Positions 1-10,943 of a stretch of DNA of 64,000 bases are shown here, piece by piece; positions within the stretch are counted from its first letter, which is position 1, and each line of letters opens with the position of its first letter. The DNA is taken from NCBI GenBank assembly GCA_963769025.1, contig CAVYKI010000010.1:320001-384000 (forward strand). Direction: 5' to 3'. The DNA comes from an uncultured Verrucomicrobiae bacterium. GTDB lineage: Bacteria; Verrucomicrobiota; Verrucomicrobiia; Chthoniobacterales; Chthoniobacteraceae. The position numbers were made by a program, and so were the translations under genes. A model generated the notes under the pieces. It saw only the letters and a list, made by a program, of their open reading frames with translations. It did not search any database and had not been told where the DNA came from.

Positions 1-12
1 CACCCGTCCCGC

Positions 13-1107
13 ATGAGATTCGTCATCGCGGCAGGCGGCACCGGCGGTCATTTGTTTCCCGGCCTTGCGGTCGGCGAGGTGCTGCTCGCGCGCGGGCACA
101 AGGTGATGCTGCTGATTTCCGAAAAGGAAATCGACGCGATCGCCACGCAAGGCAGGAATGAGTTCCGGATCGAAAGGATCGCCGGCGGCGGGATGCCGAA
201 GCTCTTCTCGCCCGCGATCCTTGGCTTCCTTTGGCGTTCATGGAAGGCGCTCCAGCGCTGCAAGGCGCTCTTCCGCGAATGGAAGCCCGACGCCGTGCTC
301 GGCATGGGCGGCTTCACTTCCACCGCGCCGATCCTCGCGGGACGTTCCCGCAAAGTGCCGGTCTTCGTCCACGAATCGAACGCCATCCCCGGCCGCGCCA
401 ACCGTCTGAACGCGCGCTACGTCACGAAAGTCCTCCTCGGTTTCGAAGAGTGTGCCGCCCATTTTCCGAATGCCGCATGCGCGGTCACCGGCACGCCCAT
501 CCGATCCGGGCTCACGCGTCCGGTGGACAAAACCGCCGCGCTCGCAGCGTTCGGCCTGAACCCCGGGAAGACGACCCTGCTCGTCATGGGCGGAAGCCAG
601 GGCGCGCATGGGATCAACATGGCCGTCAGCGGCGCGGCCTCGAAATTGAAATCGCACTCGTGGCAGGTGATCCACCTCGCGGGCGCGCAGGATGAGCAGG
701 CGATGCATGCAGCCTACCAGCGCGAAGGCGTCCCCGCGGCAGTCGCGGCGTTCTATCACCGTATGGAGGAGGCGTACGGCGCCGCGGACCTCGCCATCGC
801 TCGCAGCGGCGCGGCGAGCCTCGCGGAGCTTTCACACTTCGGCCTGCCGGCGATTCTCCTCCCCTACCCTTTTGCCGCAGACGATCACCAGACCGCGAAT
901 GCGCAGATTTTTGTGAAGGCCGGCGCGGGCGTGATCGTGAAGGAACGCGATGCGACCCCCGAGGCGCTCTCGGAAAAAATCGGCTCGCTGATCGGCTCCC
1001 CCGCGCGCCTCGCGGAAATGTCGCAGCAAAGCCGCAAACTCGCACCCGCCAACGCCGCCGAACGCGTCGCCGATGTCCTCGTGAGCTCCTGCCAACCCAA
1101 CCCGTGA
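13..1107 (+). CDS. murG: Undecaprenyl-PP-MurNAc-pentapeptide GlcNAc transferase
   Basis: AGGTGGH, GGF, HESN, GGSQGA and RSGA motifs; dcw context. Confidence 0.97.
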   Translation: MRFVIAAGGTGGHLFPGLAVGEVLLARGHKVMLLISEKEIDAIATQGRNEFRIERIAGGGMPKLFSPAILGFLWRSWKALQRCKALFREWKPDAVLGMGGFTSTAPILAGRSRKVPVFVHESNAIPGRANRLNARYVTKVLLGFEECAAHFPNAACAVTGTPIRSGLTRPVDKTAALAAFGLNPGKTTLLVMGGSQGAHGINMAVSGAASKLKSHSWQVIHLAGAQDEQAMHAAYQREGVPAAVAAFYHRMEEAYGAADLAIARSGAASLAELSHFGLPAILLPYPFAADDHQTANAQIFVKAGAGVIVKERDATPEALSEKIGSLIGSPARLAEMSQQSRKLAPANAAERVADVLVSSCQPNP

Positions 1108-1115
1108 TCCACCCG

Positions 1116-1313
1116 ATGAAAACTTCCATCCGCATCGCATTCACCTGCGCCATCATTTTGGCGGCGGCACAGCCGCTCCACGCCGGATTCCTCGAGCTGA
1201 AAATCCGCGAGACCACCGCCGAAAGCATCTGGCACTGGACCGCCGCGCTGCTGACCGTGCTCGTCCTTTTCACCATGCGCGCTTCGCGCAGCAAGGGAGG
1301 CCAGGGCCGCTAG
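1116..1313 (+). CDS. Small hypothetical membrane protein (signal peptide, one TM helix, basic tail)
   Basis: 65-aa ORF filling the gap between murG and murC, with operon-like spacing. Confidence 0.6.
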   Translation: MKTSIRIAFTCAIILAAAQPLHAGFLELKIRETTAESIWHWTAALLTVLVLFTMRASRSKGGQGR

Positions 1314-1315
1314 CG

Positions 1316-3620
1316 ATGGACGGAGCGCAACTAGCCCGATTCCTCACCGGAGGCGGACGCAGGATCCATCTGATCGGCGTCGCCGGCTCCGGCATGAGCG
1401 GAATCGCGGGGTTGTGCATCGCCCTCGGGCATCGCGTAAGCGGCAGCGACAAGGCGACGACCGAGGAAACCGCGCGCCTTCAGACGCTCGGCCTGGATTT
1501 CTCATCGCCTTCAAATCCGGACAAGGTCCGCGATGCGGAACTCGTGATCTTTTCCTCGGCGATCAAGCCGGACCACCCCGACTACGAGGCTGCGACGCAG
1601 CTCCGCGTGCCGATGGCCCGGCGCGCGGACGCGCTCGCGGCGATCATGCGGCAGAAAAAAGGCATCGTCATCGCCGGGATGCACGGGAAGACGACGACGA
1701 GTTCCATGAGCGCGCACGTCCTGCGCGAGGCCGGGCTGAATCCCTCGCATTACGTCGGCGCGGAGATTCCGATCCTCGGGACGAATGCGCTCTGGGACGC
1801 GGCGGGCGAATGGTTCGTGGCGGAGGCGGATGAGAGCGACGGGACCATCGTCAATTACCACCCCGAGCACACGGTCATCCTCAACATCGAGGAGGAGCAC
1901 ATGGACTTTTACGCCGACCTCGCGGCGATCGATCGCGCGTTCGAGCAACTCCTGCGGCAGACGGCGGGCAGCGTGTTCTACTGCGCGGACGACAAGCACG
2001 CGACGCGGCTCTGCTCCGGCCACGCGCGGGCCATCTCCTACGGAGCGTCGGAAAAGGCGGACTACCGTTTCGAGGCCGTTCACCCGAAGGATTTCCAGTC
2101 ACACTTCCTCGCGACGCGACGCGGCGAGCCGCTCGGCGCAGTCACGCTGAATGTCCCCGGGCGCCACAACGTGAGCAACGCCACGAGCGTGATCGCGCTC
2201 GCCACGGAGCTCGGCGTGCCATTTCCGAAAATCGCGGCGGCGCTCGAGTCCTTCCGCGGCGCGCGGCGTCGGTTCGAGATCAAGCACCGCTCGGAGCGCT
2301 TCATGGTGGTGGATGACTACGGGCATCACCCGAGCGAAATCCGCGCGACGCTCGCGACCGCGCGCGGCACCGGGCGGAAGCGCGTCCTCACGATCTTCCA
2401 GCCGCACCGCTACACGCGCACGCAGGCGCTGCGGGATGATTTCGGCCGCGCATTTGAGGACACGGACGTGCTCGTTGTCGCGGACATCTATCCCGCGAGC
2501 GAACCGCCGATTCCCGGCGTGAGCGGGCAGACCATCGTCGATGCCATCGCGCAGCACACGGCGCAGGAAGGCGTCACCTTCCAGCCGGACCGGCGCCAGA
2601 TCGCGTACGACATCGGGCGCATCGCCGAGCCGGGCGACCTCATCCTTTCGCTCGGCGCGGGGAACATCCACGAACAGGGCTCCGTGCTCGCGCGCGACAT
2701 CGGCGTGCTCGATGCGATCGCGGACGTGATGGGCCCGGGCCTCGACGCGGCTCTACGAACCGCTCTCGAAACACACGACGATGCGCGTCGGCGGGCCGGC
2801 GCAATTCTGGGCGGAGCCGGAGACCGAGGAAGGCTTTGCGCGGCTCGTGCGCTTCACGACGGAACGCGGCATCCCGCTCTTCGTGATGGGCCGCGGATCG
2901 AACCTGCTCGTGCGCGAAGGCGGCATCCGCGGCGTGGTGGCGCATCTCGCGCGCGGCGAATTCAAGACGGCTCGAAGTCCACGGCACGCACATCAGCGCG
3001 GGCGTCGGCGTGAAGCAGCGCGAACTCGCCATCGCGGCGCGCGACGCGCAGATCGGCGGCTTCGAGTGGTTCGAGGGCATCCCCGGAAATGTCGGCGGCG
3101 CGCTGCGCATGAATGCCGGCGCGATGGGCGGCGAGACCTTCCGGCAGGTCGTCAGCGTCCGCTTCGTCGATGCGAACGGCGAATTTCCACACGACGCACG
3201 CCCAACGAGCTCGAAGTGCGCTACCGCGACGTCCCCATCCTCGCGAAGAACTACGCGGTGAGCGCGACCTTCCGCGGCGAACCGGCGGCGGCGGCGGACA
3301 TCGTCGCGCGGATGGATGAGAGCCAGCAAAAGCGGCGCACGAGCCAGCCGAAGGAATCGAGCGCAGGCTGCATTTTCAAAAACCCCGGCCCGATCCCGGC
3401 GGGGAAACTCATCGATGAACTCGGCCTCAAGGGCACGCGCGTCGGCAGCGCGCGCGTGTCGGAGATTCATGGCAACTTCATCGTGAACGAGGGCGGAGCG
3501 ACCGCCGCCGACGTGCTCGGGCTCATCGCGCAGATCCAGGAGCGCGCGATGCGGGAACGAAACATCGAATTGCACACCGAGGTCCAAATCGTTGGACAGG
3601 AGGAACCCGTCTATGCGTGA
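1316..3620 (+). CDS. murC/murB: MurC-MurB fusion (UDP-MurNAc-L-Ala ligase plus UDP-GlcNAc-enolpyruvate reductase), frameshifted near 2745, 2970 and 3190
   Basis: MurC motifs GVAGSGMS, GMHGKTTTS, EADESDG and DDYGHHP. MurB motifs RVGGPA, GRGSNLL, GIPGNVGGA..MNAG, SAGCIFKNP and HGNFIVN are spread over three frames, with no separate murB start. Confidence 0.88.
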
Positions 3621-3673
3621 AATCGCACGCAACCTCGTGAAAGAATCTCTGCCCGCACGCCGTATTCATCGCG

Positions 3674-4626
3674 ATGAATACGCACTCCATTTCCATGCCC
3701 TTTAATCCCTCAGGAATCCCAGTCGCCGTCCTCATGGGCGGTCCCGGTTCGGAACGCAAAGTCTCGCTGAAATCCGGCGAGGGCGTCGTGGCCGCGCTGC
3801 GTTCCATCGGCGCGAATGTCACGCCGGTGGATGTCACGGGCGCAGATTTTTCCGTGCCCGCCGACACGCACGTGGCTTTCAATGTCATCCACGGCACGTT
3901 CGGCGAGGACGGGCAGATCCAGCGCATCCTCGAGGCGCGCGGCATCCCGTACACGGGCGAGGGCGTGGTCGGCTCGGAGCTGGCGATCGACAAGATTGCG
4001 TCGAAGCGCCGCTTCGTGGAATGCGGCGTGCCGACGGCGAAATCGGAAATCATCCGCAACGGCGCGAAGCCGACGCTCCCGCTGCCGCTCGTGATCAAGG
4101 CGCCGAAGGAAGGCAGCAGCGTGGGCGTGTACATCGTGAAATCGCCGGAGGAACTCGCGCTCTTCGCTGGAGCAGGCGTGGAAGTTCGGCGAGCGAGCTG
4201 CTCGTCGAGGAATTCATCGCGGGCCGCGAGCTGACGGTCGGCATCGTCGGCGACACGATGCTGCCGGTGATCGAGATCAAGGCGCGGAAGGACTTCTACA
4301 ATTTCGACAACAAATACCCCTTCCTGAATCCGAACGCTGCCGGCGCGGATCACATCTGCCCGGCGCTGCTCGACGCCGCGACCACGGCGCTCGTGCAGCA
4401 GACGGCGCTCGCCGCGCACCGCGCACTGGGTCTTGAAGTCTACTCGCGAGTGGACATCCTGCTGACCGACGCAGGCCTGCCGTTTGTGCTCGAAGTGAAC
4501 ACGATTCCCGGCATGACGCCGGCATCGCTGCTGCCAGAGGCCGCCGCCGCCATGGGCATCAGCTACGCCGAGCTTTGCCGCCGCATTATCGAACTCTCAC
4601 TCGCAGCCCGCCCGACCAGCCCATGA
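3674..4626 (+). CDS. ddl: D-alanine--D-alanine ligase (frameshift near 4170)
   Basis: MGGPGSER, HGTFGEDG and EGSSVG in the first frame; LEVNTIPGMT..SLLP in the second. Confidence 0.93.
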
Positions 4627-5705
4627 AACGCCGCCGCCCACGCAACAAACGCCTCACTTCCGACCGCGATCAGCGGAAGAAATACTTCGTCAGCGGAGTC
4701 GTGAAACGCGGCAGCAACGCGACATGGATCGGCATCCGCTCGTGGATCTCGCGGCTGGTGAAAGTGACGCTGCTCGCGGCCCTCGCGGGCGGTCTCTACT
4801 ACGGCGCGACGCAGGGATGGCGGAAGTTTTTCTGGGCGAATCCGGACTACGCGTTGCGCGAGATCCACTTCACCACGGACGGTTCGCTCACCCGCGAGCA
4901 GGCGTGCGTGACGGCGAAGCTGAAGCCGGGCGAGAACATCTTTTCCTACGACGTCACCGCGTTGCGCGACGCGCTCAAGAAGCTCCCGCAGGTCGAGAAT
5001 GCGGAGGTCACGCGCTACCTGCCGAACCGCATCGAAGTCTCCGTGCGCGAGCGGAGGCCCACCGCCTGGCTCGCCTCCGGCACCGATGCCCAGTCCGCGC
5101 ACGACGCACCGACGCACCTTCTCGACGCGCGCGGCATGGTGTTTCAGCCGAAGCACATCCCGCATGAGTTCAAGACGCTGCCCACCATCGGCGGCGTGCA
5201 GACGGAGGACCTCGAGCCCGGCAAGCCGATCCGCAAGGCGGAGGTCGTCGCCGCGCTCGAACTGCTCAGGCGCACGCGCGAAACGGGTTCGTTCAAGGTC
5301 ATGTCCATCGACGTGTCAAAGGCCTACTGCCTCGTGGCCATGGATCAGAAGCGCGCGCAGCTCACGTTCGGCCTCGACGACATCCCCGAGCAGCTCGACC
5401 GGCTCAGCGCCGTGCGCGGCGAGGCGACGCTCATCGGCCAGGAGATCCAGACGGTGAACCTCATTCCGAAGCGGAACATCCCCGTCACCTTCATGCAGCC
5501 CGTGCCGCTGGAGGATGATGACGCCGACCCGGTCCCTCCGCCGCCCGCGCGCACCGTCACCACGAAGGCGAAGCCCTCCAGCGACGCCGGTTCCTCGACG
5601 AAGGACAAACCGCGGCCCGCGACGAAACGCGCCGAACCTTCCAAACCCAAGGAAACGCCGAAGCCGGAAGAAGGCGGCATCCTCAAACGCTTCCGCGCAG
5701 CCTGA
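4623..5705 (+). CDS. ftsQ: Cell division protein FtsQ/DivIB
   Basis: One TM helix, POTRA-like segment (LPQVENAEVTRYLPNRIEVSVRER); lies between ddl and ftsA; ATGA overlap with ddl. Confidence 0.88.
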   Translation: MKRRRPRNKRLTSDRDQRKKYFVSGVVKRGSNATWIGIRSWISRLVKVTLLAALAGGLYYGATQGWRKFFWANPDYALREIHFTTDGSLTREQACVTAKLKPGENIFSYDVTALRDALKKLPQVENAEVTRYLPNRIEVSVRERRPTAWLASGTDAQSAHDAPTHLLDARGMVFQPKHIPHEFKTLPTIGGVQTEDLEPGKPIRKAEVVAALELLRRTRETGSFKVMSIDVSKAYCLVAMDQKRAQLTFGLDDIPEQLDRLSAVRGEATLIGQEIQTVNLIPKRNIPVTFMQPVPLEDDDADPVPPPPARTVTTKAKPSSDAGSSTKDKPRPATKRAEPSKPKETPKPEEGGILKRFRAA

Positions 5706-6902
5706 TGGCCAGGGACCGCATAGTCGTAGGACTCGAAGTCGGCACCTCGAAGGTGTGCGCCGTCTCCGCCGAGCTGAAGCACGACGGCACCATCCAGATC
5801 CTCGGAGTGGGCGAGGCGCCGTCGCGCGGCGTGCGCAAGGGCGAGATCGTGGACATTGAAAACTGCGGCAAGTGCATCCGCGAGGCGCTCGCGGACGCGG
5901 AGGAGAAGAGCGACGTGATGATCAAGAACGTCTATCTCGGCATCACCGGCGCGCACATCCAGAGCTTCAACAACCGCGGCTCTTACACGCTGCCGGACGA
6001 GCGGGAAAAGATGGACGAGGGCGACTTCGCCCGCGTGCAGGAGGCCGCGCGCACCGCGCCCATCCCGTCGCAGAACATGTTCGTCCACACCATCCTCCAG
6101 CACTACTACGTGGACGGACAGGACGGCATCCTGAACCCCGTCGGCATGCACGGGCGCAAGCTGGAGGCGGACTTCCACATCATCCACGGCGTCGCGAACC
6201 GCGTGCGCAACAGCATCCAGTGCCTCTGCGATCTCGACATCGAAATCGAGGACATCGTCTTCACGCCGTACGCCGCCGCGCAGGCCGTGCTCGACCCGAC
6301 GCAAAAAACCACCGGCGCGATCCTCGTGGACATCGGCGGCGGCACGAGCGGCTACATCGTCTATGCGGGCGGCGCGGTGAAGCAGAGCGGCGTCGTCGGC
6401 ATCGGCGGCGATCACATCACGAACGATCTCTCGCTCGGCCTGCGCATCCCGATGGGCAAGGCGGAGAAGCTGAAGATCGACGAGGGCAGCTGCATCATCG
6501 GCAATTCGATCCCCGGCGAGACCGTGGTGCTGAAGGATGAGCACGGATTTGCCGGCCGCGAGATCGAGCGCGAGATGCTGAACACGATCATCCACATGCG
6601 CGTGCGCGAGACCTTCGAGCTGCTGAAGCGCGAACTCGACAGAGGCGCGCTACCACGAATACGCCGGCGCCGGCATGGTGCTCACCGGCGGCAGTTCGGC
6701 GCTGCGCGGCATCCAGCATGTCGCCGAGGAAATCTTCCAGATGCCCGTGCAGGTCTGCCGGGCGCAGAATGTCGCCGGCGTCACCAGCGCCTTTGAAAAC
6801 CCGCAATACTCCACCGCCATCGGCCTCGTGAAGTACGCACAAGCCACCCTCGACGACGAATCGGGCGGATTGCTCGATTGGTTCAAGAAGTGGTTCCGCT
6901 AA
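5705..6902 (+). CDS. ftsA: Cell division protein FtsA (frameshift near 6640)
   Basis: GLEVGTSKV, VDIGGGT, GGDHITND, VLTGGSS, P.YSTAIGL; C-terminal amphipathic WFKKWF. Confidence 0.95.
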
Positions 6903-6906
6903 GCCC

Positions 6907-8296
6907 ATGATCGCACTCCACCGCTCCATCACCCCGGCTGCGCCGGTCATCAAAATCCTCGGCCTCGGCGGCGCGGGCGGCAATGCGCTCGACCGCCTCA
7001 TGCTCGACGGCATCGAGGGCGCCGCCATCATTGCGATGAACACCGACGTGCAGTCGCTCAACGGCTGCGTCGCCCCGCAGAAAATCCACCTCGGCAAGAG
7101 CGTCACGCGCGGCCTCGGCGCGGGCGGCGACCCCGAGATCGGCTACGAGGCCGCCGAGGAGGCCGCGACGGACATCAAGGCCGCCATCGACGGCGCGGAC
7201 ATGGTCTTCCTCTGCGTCGGGCTCGGCGGCGGCACCGGCAGCGGCGCGGCCCCGCTCATCGCGCACATGGCGCGCGGCGCGGGCGCGATGGTCGTCGCGT
7301 TTGCCACCATGCCGTTTTCCTTCGAGGGGAAAAGGCGGCGCAAGCAGGCGGCCGAATCCCTCGCGCAGCTCGAGGAGCAGGCCGACCTCGTCATCTGCTT
7401 CGAGAATGATCGCCTCGGCGAAATCTCCTCGCCACACCGCGGGCGTGCAGGAGGCGTTCGTCGCGGCGGACAAGGTGCTCAGCCATTCCATCCAGGCCAT
7501 CACCTCCGTCGTGCGCCGCGGCGGCATCATCCCCACCGGGCTCGATGAACTCGCCGCCGCCCTGCGCCGCAAGCACCCGCGCTGCCTCTTCGGCCACGGC
7601 GAGAGCGAAGGCTCGAACCGCGCCCACGAGGCGCTCGCGCGCGCGCTGAAAAGCCCGCTCATGGACAAGGGCAAGATGCTCGCGGATTGCCAGTCCGTCG
7701 TCATCCACATCGCCGGCGGCCCGGATGTCACCCTCCAGGAAATCACCACGCTGATGGAGGAGTTCAACCGGCACATCGGCGACGACACGCGGATCGATTT
7801 CGGCATCGGCACGGATGCAAAGCTCGGACGCAGGCTGTGCGTCACCATCATCAGCTCCACCGCCGCGCCCGTGCTGACAGCCGCCGCACCGGCGCCCGCG
7901 CCCGTCACGCGTCCCCTGCCGAGCCGCGTCGTCGCGCCCGTCGAGCCGCCGCGCGCCGCCGCGCCCGTTACGCCGATTGCGTCCGCCGCGCCTGAGATTT
8001 CCGAGGAGGAGGATTTTGAAGACGACATCCACTCCGAGCTCGCCGAGCCGGAGCCCGAGCCGGAGCCCGTCGCGCCGGTGAAGGCCGCGCCCGCGAAGAC
8101 GGCACCCGTCGCGCAGACTTACCGCAAGGCCCCGGCGGAAACGGTCGCCGCCACGACGAAGAAGGAGGAGAAGGCCGAGCAGATGACGCTCGAGCCGGCG
8201 AACCGCGGACGCTTCGAGAAGTCCGAGCCGACCATCGTGGACGGCCAGGACCTCGACGTGCCGACCTTCCTGCGGAAGAACCTGAAGCTGAAATGA
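6907..8296 (+). CDS. ftsZ: Cell division protein FtsZ (frameshift near 7430)
   Basis: GLGGAGGNA, NTD, GLGAGGDP, GGGTGSG, PFSFEG; C-terminal DLDVPTFLRK. Confidence 0.95.
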
Positions 8297-8409
8297 GGTA
8301 GGGCGCTCTCGCCGAGAGCGCCCACTGTTTTACGCCAGGCGTTTGATTCGGCAGGATTTGTCTCGCTGAAGGATTTTCTCGCGGGCGCTTTCGGCGAAAG
8401 CGCCCTACC
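8297..8409. repeat. Inverted pair of GTAG-type REP palindromes (REPIN-like); may act as a bidirectional terminator
   Basis: GGTAGGGCGCTCTCGCCGAGAGCGCCC (8297-8323) and an inverted copy (8383-8409) between convergent genes. Confidence 0.8.
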
Positions 8410-9373
8410 TCGCGGCGGCGAGGGCCCAGATTTCCTTCTCCTTGGCCTCGATGAGCGGGAGCCACTGCTCCATCTCCTCGGGGAACCAGCGCTTGCTCGG
8501 GTCGAGGTGGTCGCGCGAGGAGGGCTGGTTGGTGCGGTTGCCCGCGAGGAAGGCCCAGTTCTGCGGCCGGGTGTAGTGGAACCAGAGGCGGTTCTTGGCG
8601 CGGATGGCGGTGCGGAGGAGTTCCAGAAACGCCATCTCCCGCTTGCTGCCCATCACGTATGCCCAGTCCAAGGTCGGGTCGAAGTCCGAAAGTATGGTTA
8701 TCGCCGCTGCAAACTGCTCCTGTTTGTCGAGGTGAACGCCGTCTCGGGTTCGATAACGTGATACCTCGTGTGACACCTGCGGCCGTAACCCATCGGTGGG
8801 GACCTCCGGGAGGTCTGGAACTTCTGCTTCAAGAAAGGCCGCGCCGTTCTTCTCGGCGAGCATCCTGATCACATTCATGTAAGCGATGAACTCGCCGTTC
8901 CGCGCAGTCAGGTCGGGCACCCCTTTTGGTGGCGCTCCAAAGCGCGGCGGCAGCACCAGCGCGATGCGCCGCTTCTTCTCCCCGCTGAGGCGCGCGAGCA
9001 GTTTCCCATACGCCTCGGTGAACGCGGCGACGCCCTCCTTCCCGGCGAAGCTCTCCATCTTCCCAAACTGGCAGATGACGACCGTGGCGCCCATCCGGTC
9101 GAGCTGGGTTTCGAGCGTGGGGTAGTTCAGGTCGCGCCGCTGCTCGAAGACCGTGTCGCCCTCCCACGCGAGGCTGCGCCAGCGGATGCGATCCTTCGGT
9201 TGCGCCCACGTGACGAGCGTCTCCAGCCAGCCCTCCTCGGCGAGCGCGACCATGTCCTCCCCGCCCACGAGCGCGACGACATCGCCCGCCTTCAGCCACC
9301 GCTCCGCCCCATGCACGGTGCGCGCGGCGAGCGTGAGGACGGCGGCGAGGAAAAGTGCGGCGAGGGTTCGCAT
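8405..9373 (-). CDS. Secreted SGNH/GDSL-like hydrolase-fold protein
   Basis: Signal peptide, RSLAWEGDT, FGKMES and RDGVHL motifs; the canonical G-D-S nucleophile block is not evident. Confidence 0.7.
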   Translation of the reverse strand: MRTLAALFLAAVLTLAARTVHGAERWLKAGDVVALVGGEDMVALAEEGWLETLVTWAQPKDRIRWRSLAWEGDTVFEQRRDLNYPTLETQLDRMGATVVICQFGKMESFAGKEGVAAFTEAYGKLLARLSGEKKRRIALVLPPRFGAPPKGVPDLTARNGEFIAYMNVIRMLAEKNGAAFLEAEVPDLPEVPTDGLRPQVSHEVSRYRTRDGVHLDKQEQFAAAITILSDFDPTLDWAYVMGSKREMAFLELLRTAIRAKNRLWFHYTRPQNWAFLAGNRTNQPSSRDHLDPSKRWFPEEMEQWLPLIEAKEKEIWALAAAR

Positions 9374-9478
9374 GACGCCGGGATGATGCACGCGCGCGGT
9401 GCGCAGGGGAAGGATGCAGTGCCGTGCACGTGCGCACCAATCGTTTGACAGCTCGCCGACCACCGGCACCATCCGGCG

Positions 9479-9715
9479 ATGCCGACGGTTTTGCGCATCG
9501 GGCCGTATCGTTTCCATTTTTACAGCGGCGAAAACCGCGAGCCTCCGCACATCCACGTCTCCCGTGATGATTTTGAGGTGAAATTCTGGCTGCGACCCAT
9601 CGCACTGGCGGACAACCATGGTTTTCGCGAGGCTGCATTGCGCGACATCGAGCGCCTCGTTGAAGAGCATTGCGACAAACTGCTCGCCGCCTATGCTTCG
9701 TTCCACCGTGAATAG
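9479..9715 (+). CDS. DUF4160 family putative toxin
   Basis: MPTVLRIGPYRFHFYS..EPPHIHV signature. Confidence 0.88.
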   Translation: MPTVLRIGPYRFHFYSGENREPPHIHVSRDDFEVKFWLRPIALADNHGFREAALRDIERLVEEHCDKLLAAYASFHRE

Positions 9716-9965
9716 CGAACCCGCCACCGCCCTCCGCTGCTGGATCGAAGGCCGCCGCGTCTGGCTCGAACTCGATGACCAGCGCATCGTGAGCTTCCCC
9801 GCCGCGAAATATCCGCTGCTCTCCGGCGCTCCGCAGGAACTGCTGGAAAAAGTGTGCCTGCGCGTGCAAGGCCGCGCCCTCCGCTGGGAGGATCTCGACG
9901 AGGACGTCTGGGTGGACGACGCCGTTCACGGCCGCTTCCCGCGCCCAAAATCCGTCGCCGCATAA
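9708..9965 (+). CDS. DUF2442 family putative antitoxin
   Basis: LRWEDLDED motif; overlaps the DUF4160 gene (GTG start at 9708). Confidence 0.85.
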   Translation: MNSEPATALRCWIEGRRVWLELDDQRIVSFPAAKYPLLSGAPQELLEKVCLRVQGRALRWEDLDEDVWVDDAVHGRFPRPKSVAA

Positions 9966-10038
9966 CCCCCCGACGGGCCAGCTCACCCCCGCCCCGGCGA
10001 CCGCGCCGCCCGTCCCGCCCGGTCGTTGGCCCGGCGGC

Positions 10039-10560
10039 TCACTTCTTTTCCTTCAGCAGCTTCTCCGCCTCCGCCTTGGTGATCCTGCTCAACTTCGTCA
10101 CCGGGCGCTCCGGCGACGAGCTTCCGGCCTGCGTCACGTAGTCGTGATTCCATGACAGCAGCACGTGGTCGTCCTTCTGCAGGCCCTTCAGCGTGGCGAG
10201 CAGTTCCGCGGACACCTTCGCGTTTTTCATGTTGTCCTCCACCTGGAAGGTGAAGCCGTGCTGCATCGGGTCCCCGTACTCGCCCGGCTTCCGGTAGAAA
10301 AGATAGCCGGTGATGCTGAACGACGCGAAGTCCCCCGAGTTGCCGCACTTGTCCGGGCACAGCGCCGTCCGGCCCATGCATTGCTGGGAGTTCACCCCGA
10401 CAAAGCGCGCCACGGTCCGGTGCTCGGAAAGCAGCTCCCGCCCGTCCCCCTTCGGCGCGGCAGCCGCCGCACCTGCGCCGACACCGAGCATGCTGAGGGC
10501 GACTGCGATCCCGGCAAAGGCACGGGCACGGGGATTCAGGGGGGCGGATGTGGATGTCAT
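10039..10560 (-). CDS. Secreted hypothetical protein with a Cys cluster (CMGRTALCPDKC)
   Basis: Signal-like N-terminus and host-like codon bias. Confidence 0.7.
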   Translation of the reverse strand: MTSTSAPLNPRARAFAGIAVALSMLGVGAGAAAAAPKGDGRELLSEHRTVARFVGVNSQQCMGRTALCPDKCGNSGDFASFSITGYLFYRKPGEYGDPMQHGFTFQVEDNMKNAKVSAELLATLKGLQKDDHVLLSWNHDYVTQAGSSSPERPVTKLSRITKAEAEKLLKEKK

Positions 10561-10706
10561 GGGTTTCCCTGCAGAGGACTCCCCTTTCCCAAGCCCGACG
10601 CAAGCCCGCAAACGGCACCCCGTCCAGCCGCACGCCGCCCGCGAGACGGCCGCCGCGTGATGCGGATCCTCCTCGGCCAAGGCACTCCCCTCCCGCTCCG
10701 GCGGCG

Positions 10707-10943
10707 CTACACTCCCGCCGGCTCACACATCGGACGCGTGACGGCTGCGGGGAGTTCGCGGCCCGCGGCATCCAGATCCGCAATCTCCTCGCGCACCAGT
10801 TCGCGCAGCGCGTGATACGTCGCCTCCTCGTCCGCGCCGTGGCACACGCCGCCCCACGGGAAAAGGTCCGGGCAGAACCCCACATAGGCGGCGTCCTCCT
10901 CACTCCAGCGGACAAACTTCAGGTAACGGTCTTCAGCTTTCAT
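10707..10943 (-). CDS. hicB: HicB-like antitoxin (short form)
   Basis: WSEEDAAYVGFCPDL...HG; downstream of and overlapping hicA. Confidence 0.82.
   Translation of the reverse strand: MKAEDRYLKFVRWSEEDAAYVGFCPDLFPWGGVCHGADEEATYHALRELVREEIADLDAAGRELPAAVTRPMCEPAGV

Noticed and set aside
2740..7440. Programmed frameshifting in dcw genes
   Set aside because: No consistent slippery motifs; the frequency of indels across unrelated genes favours assembly error
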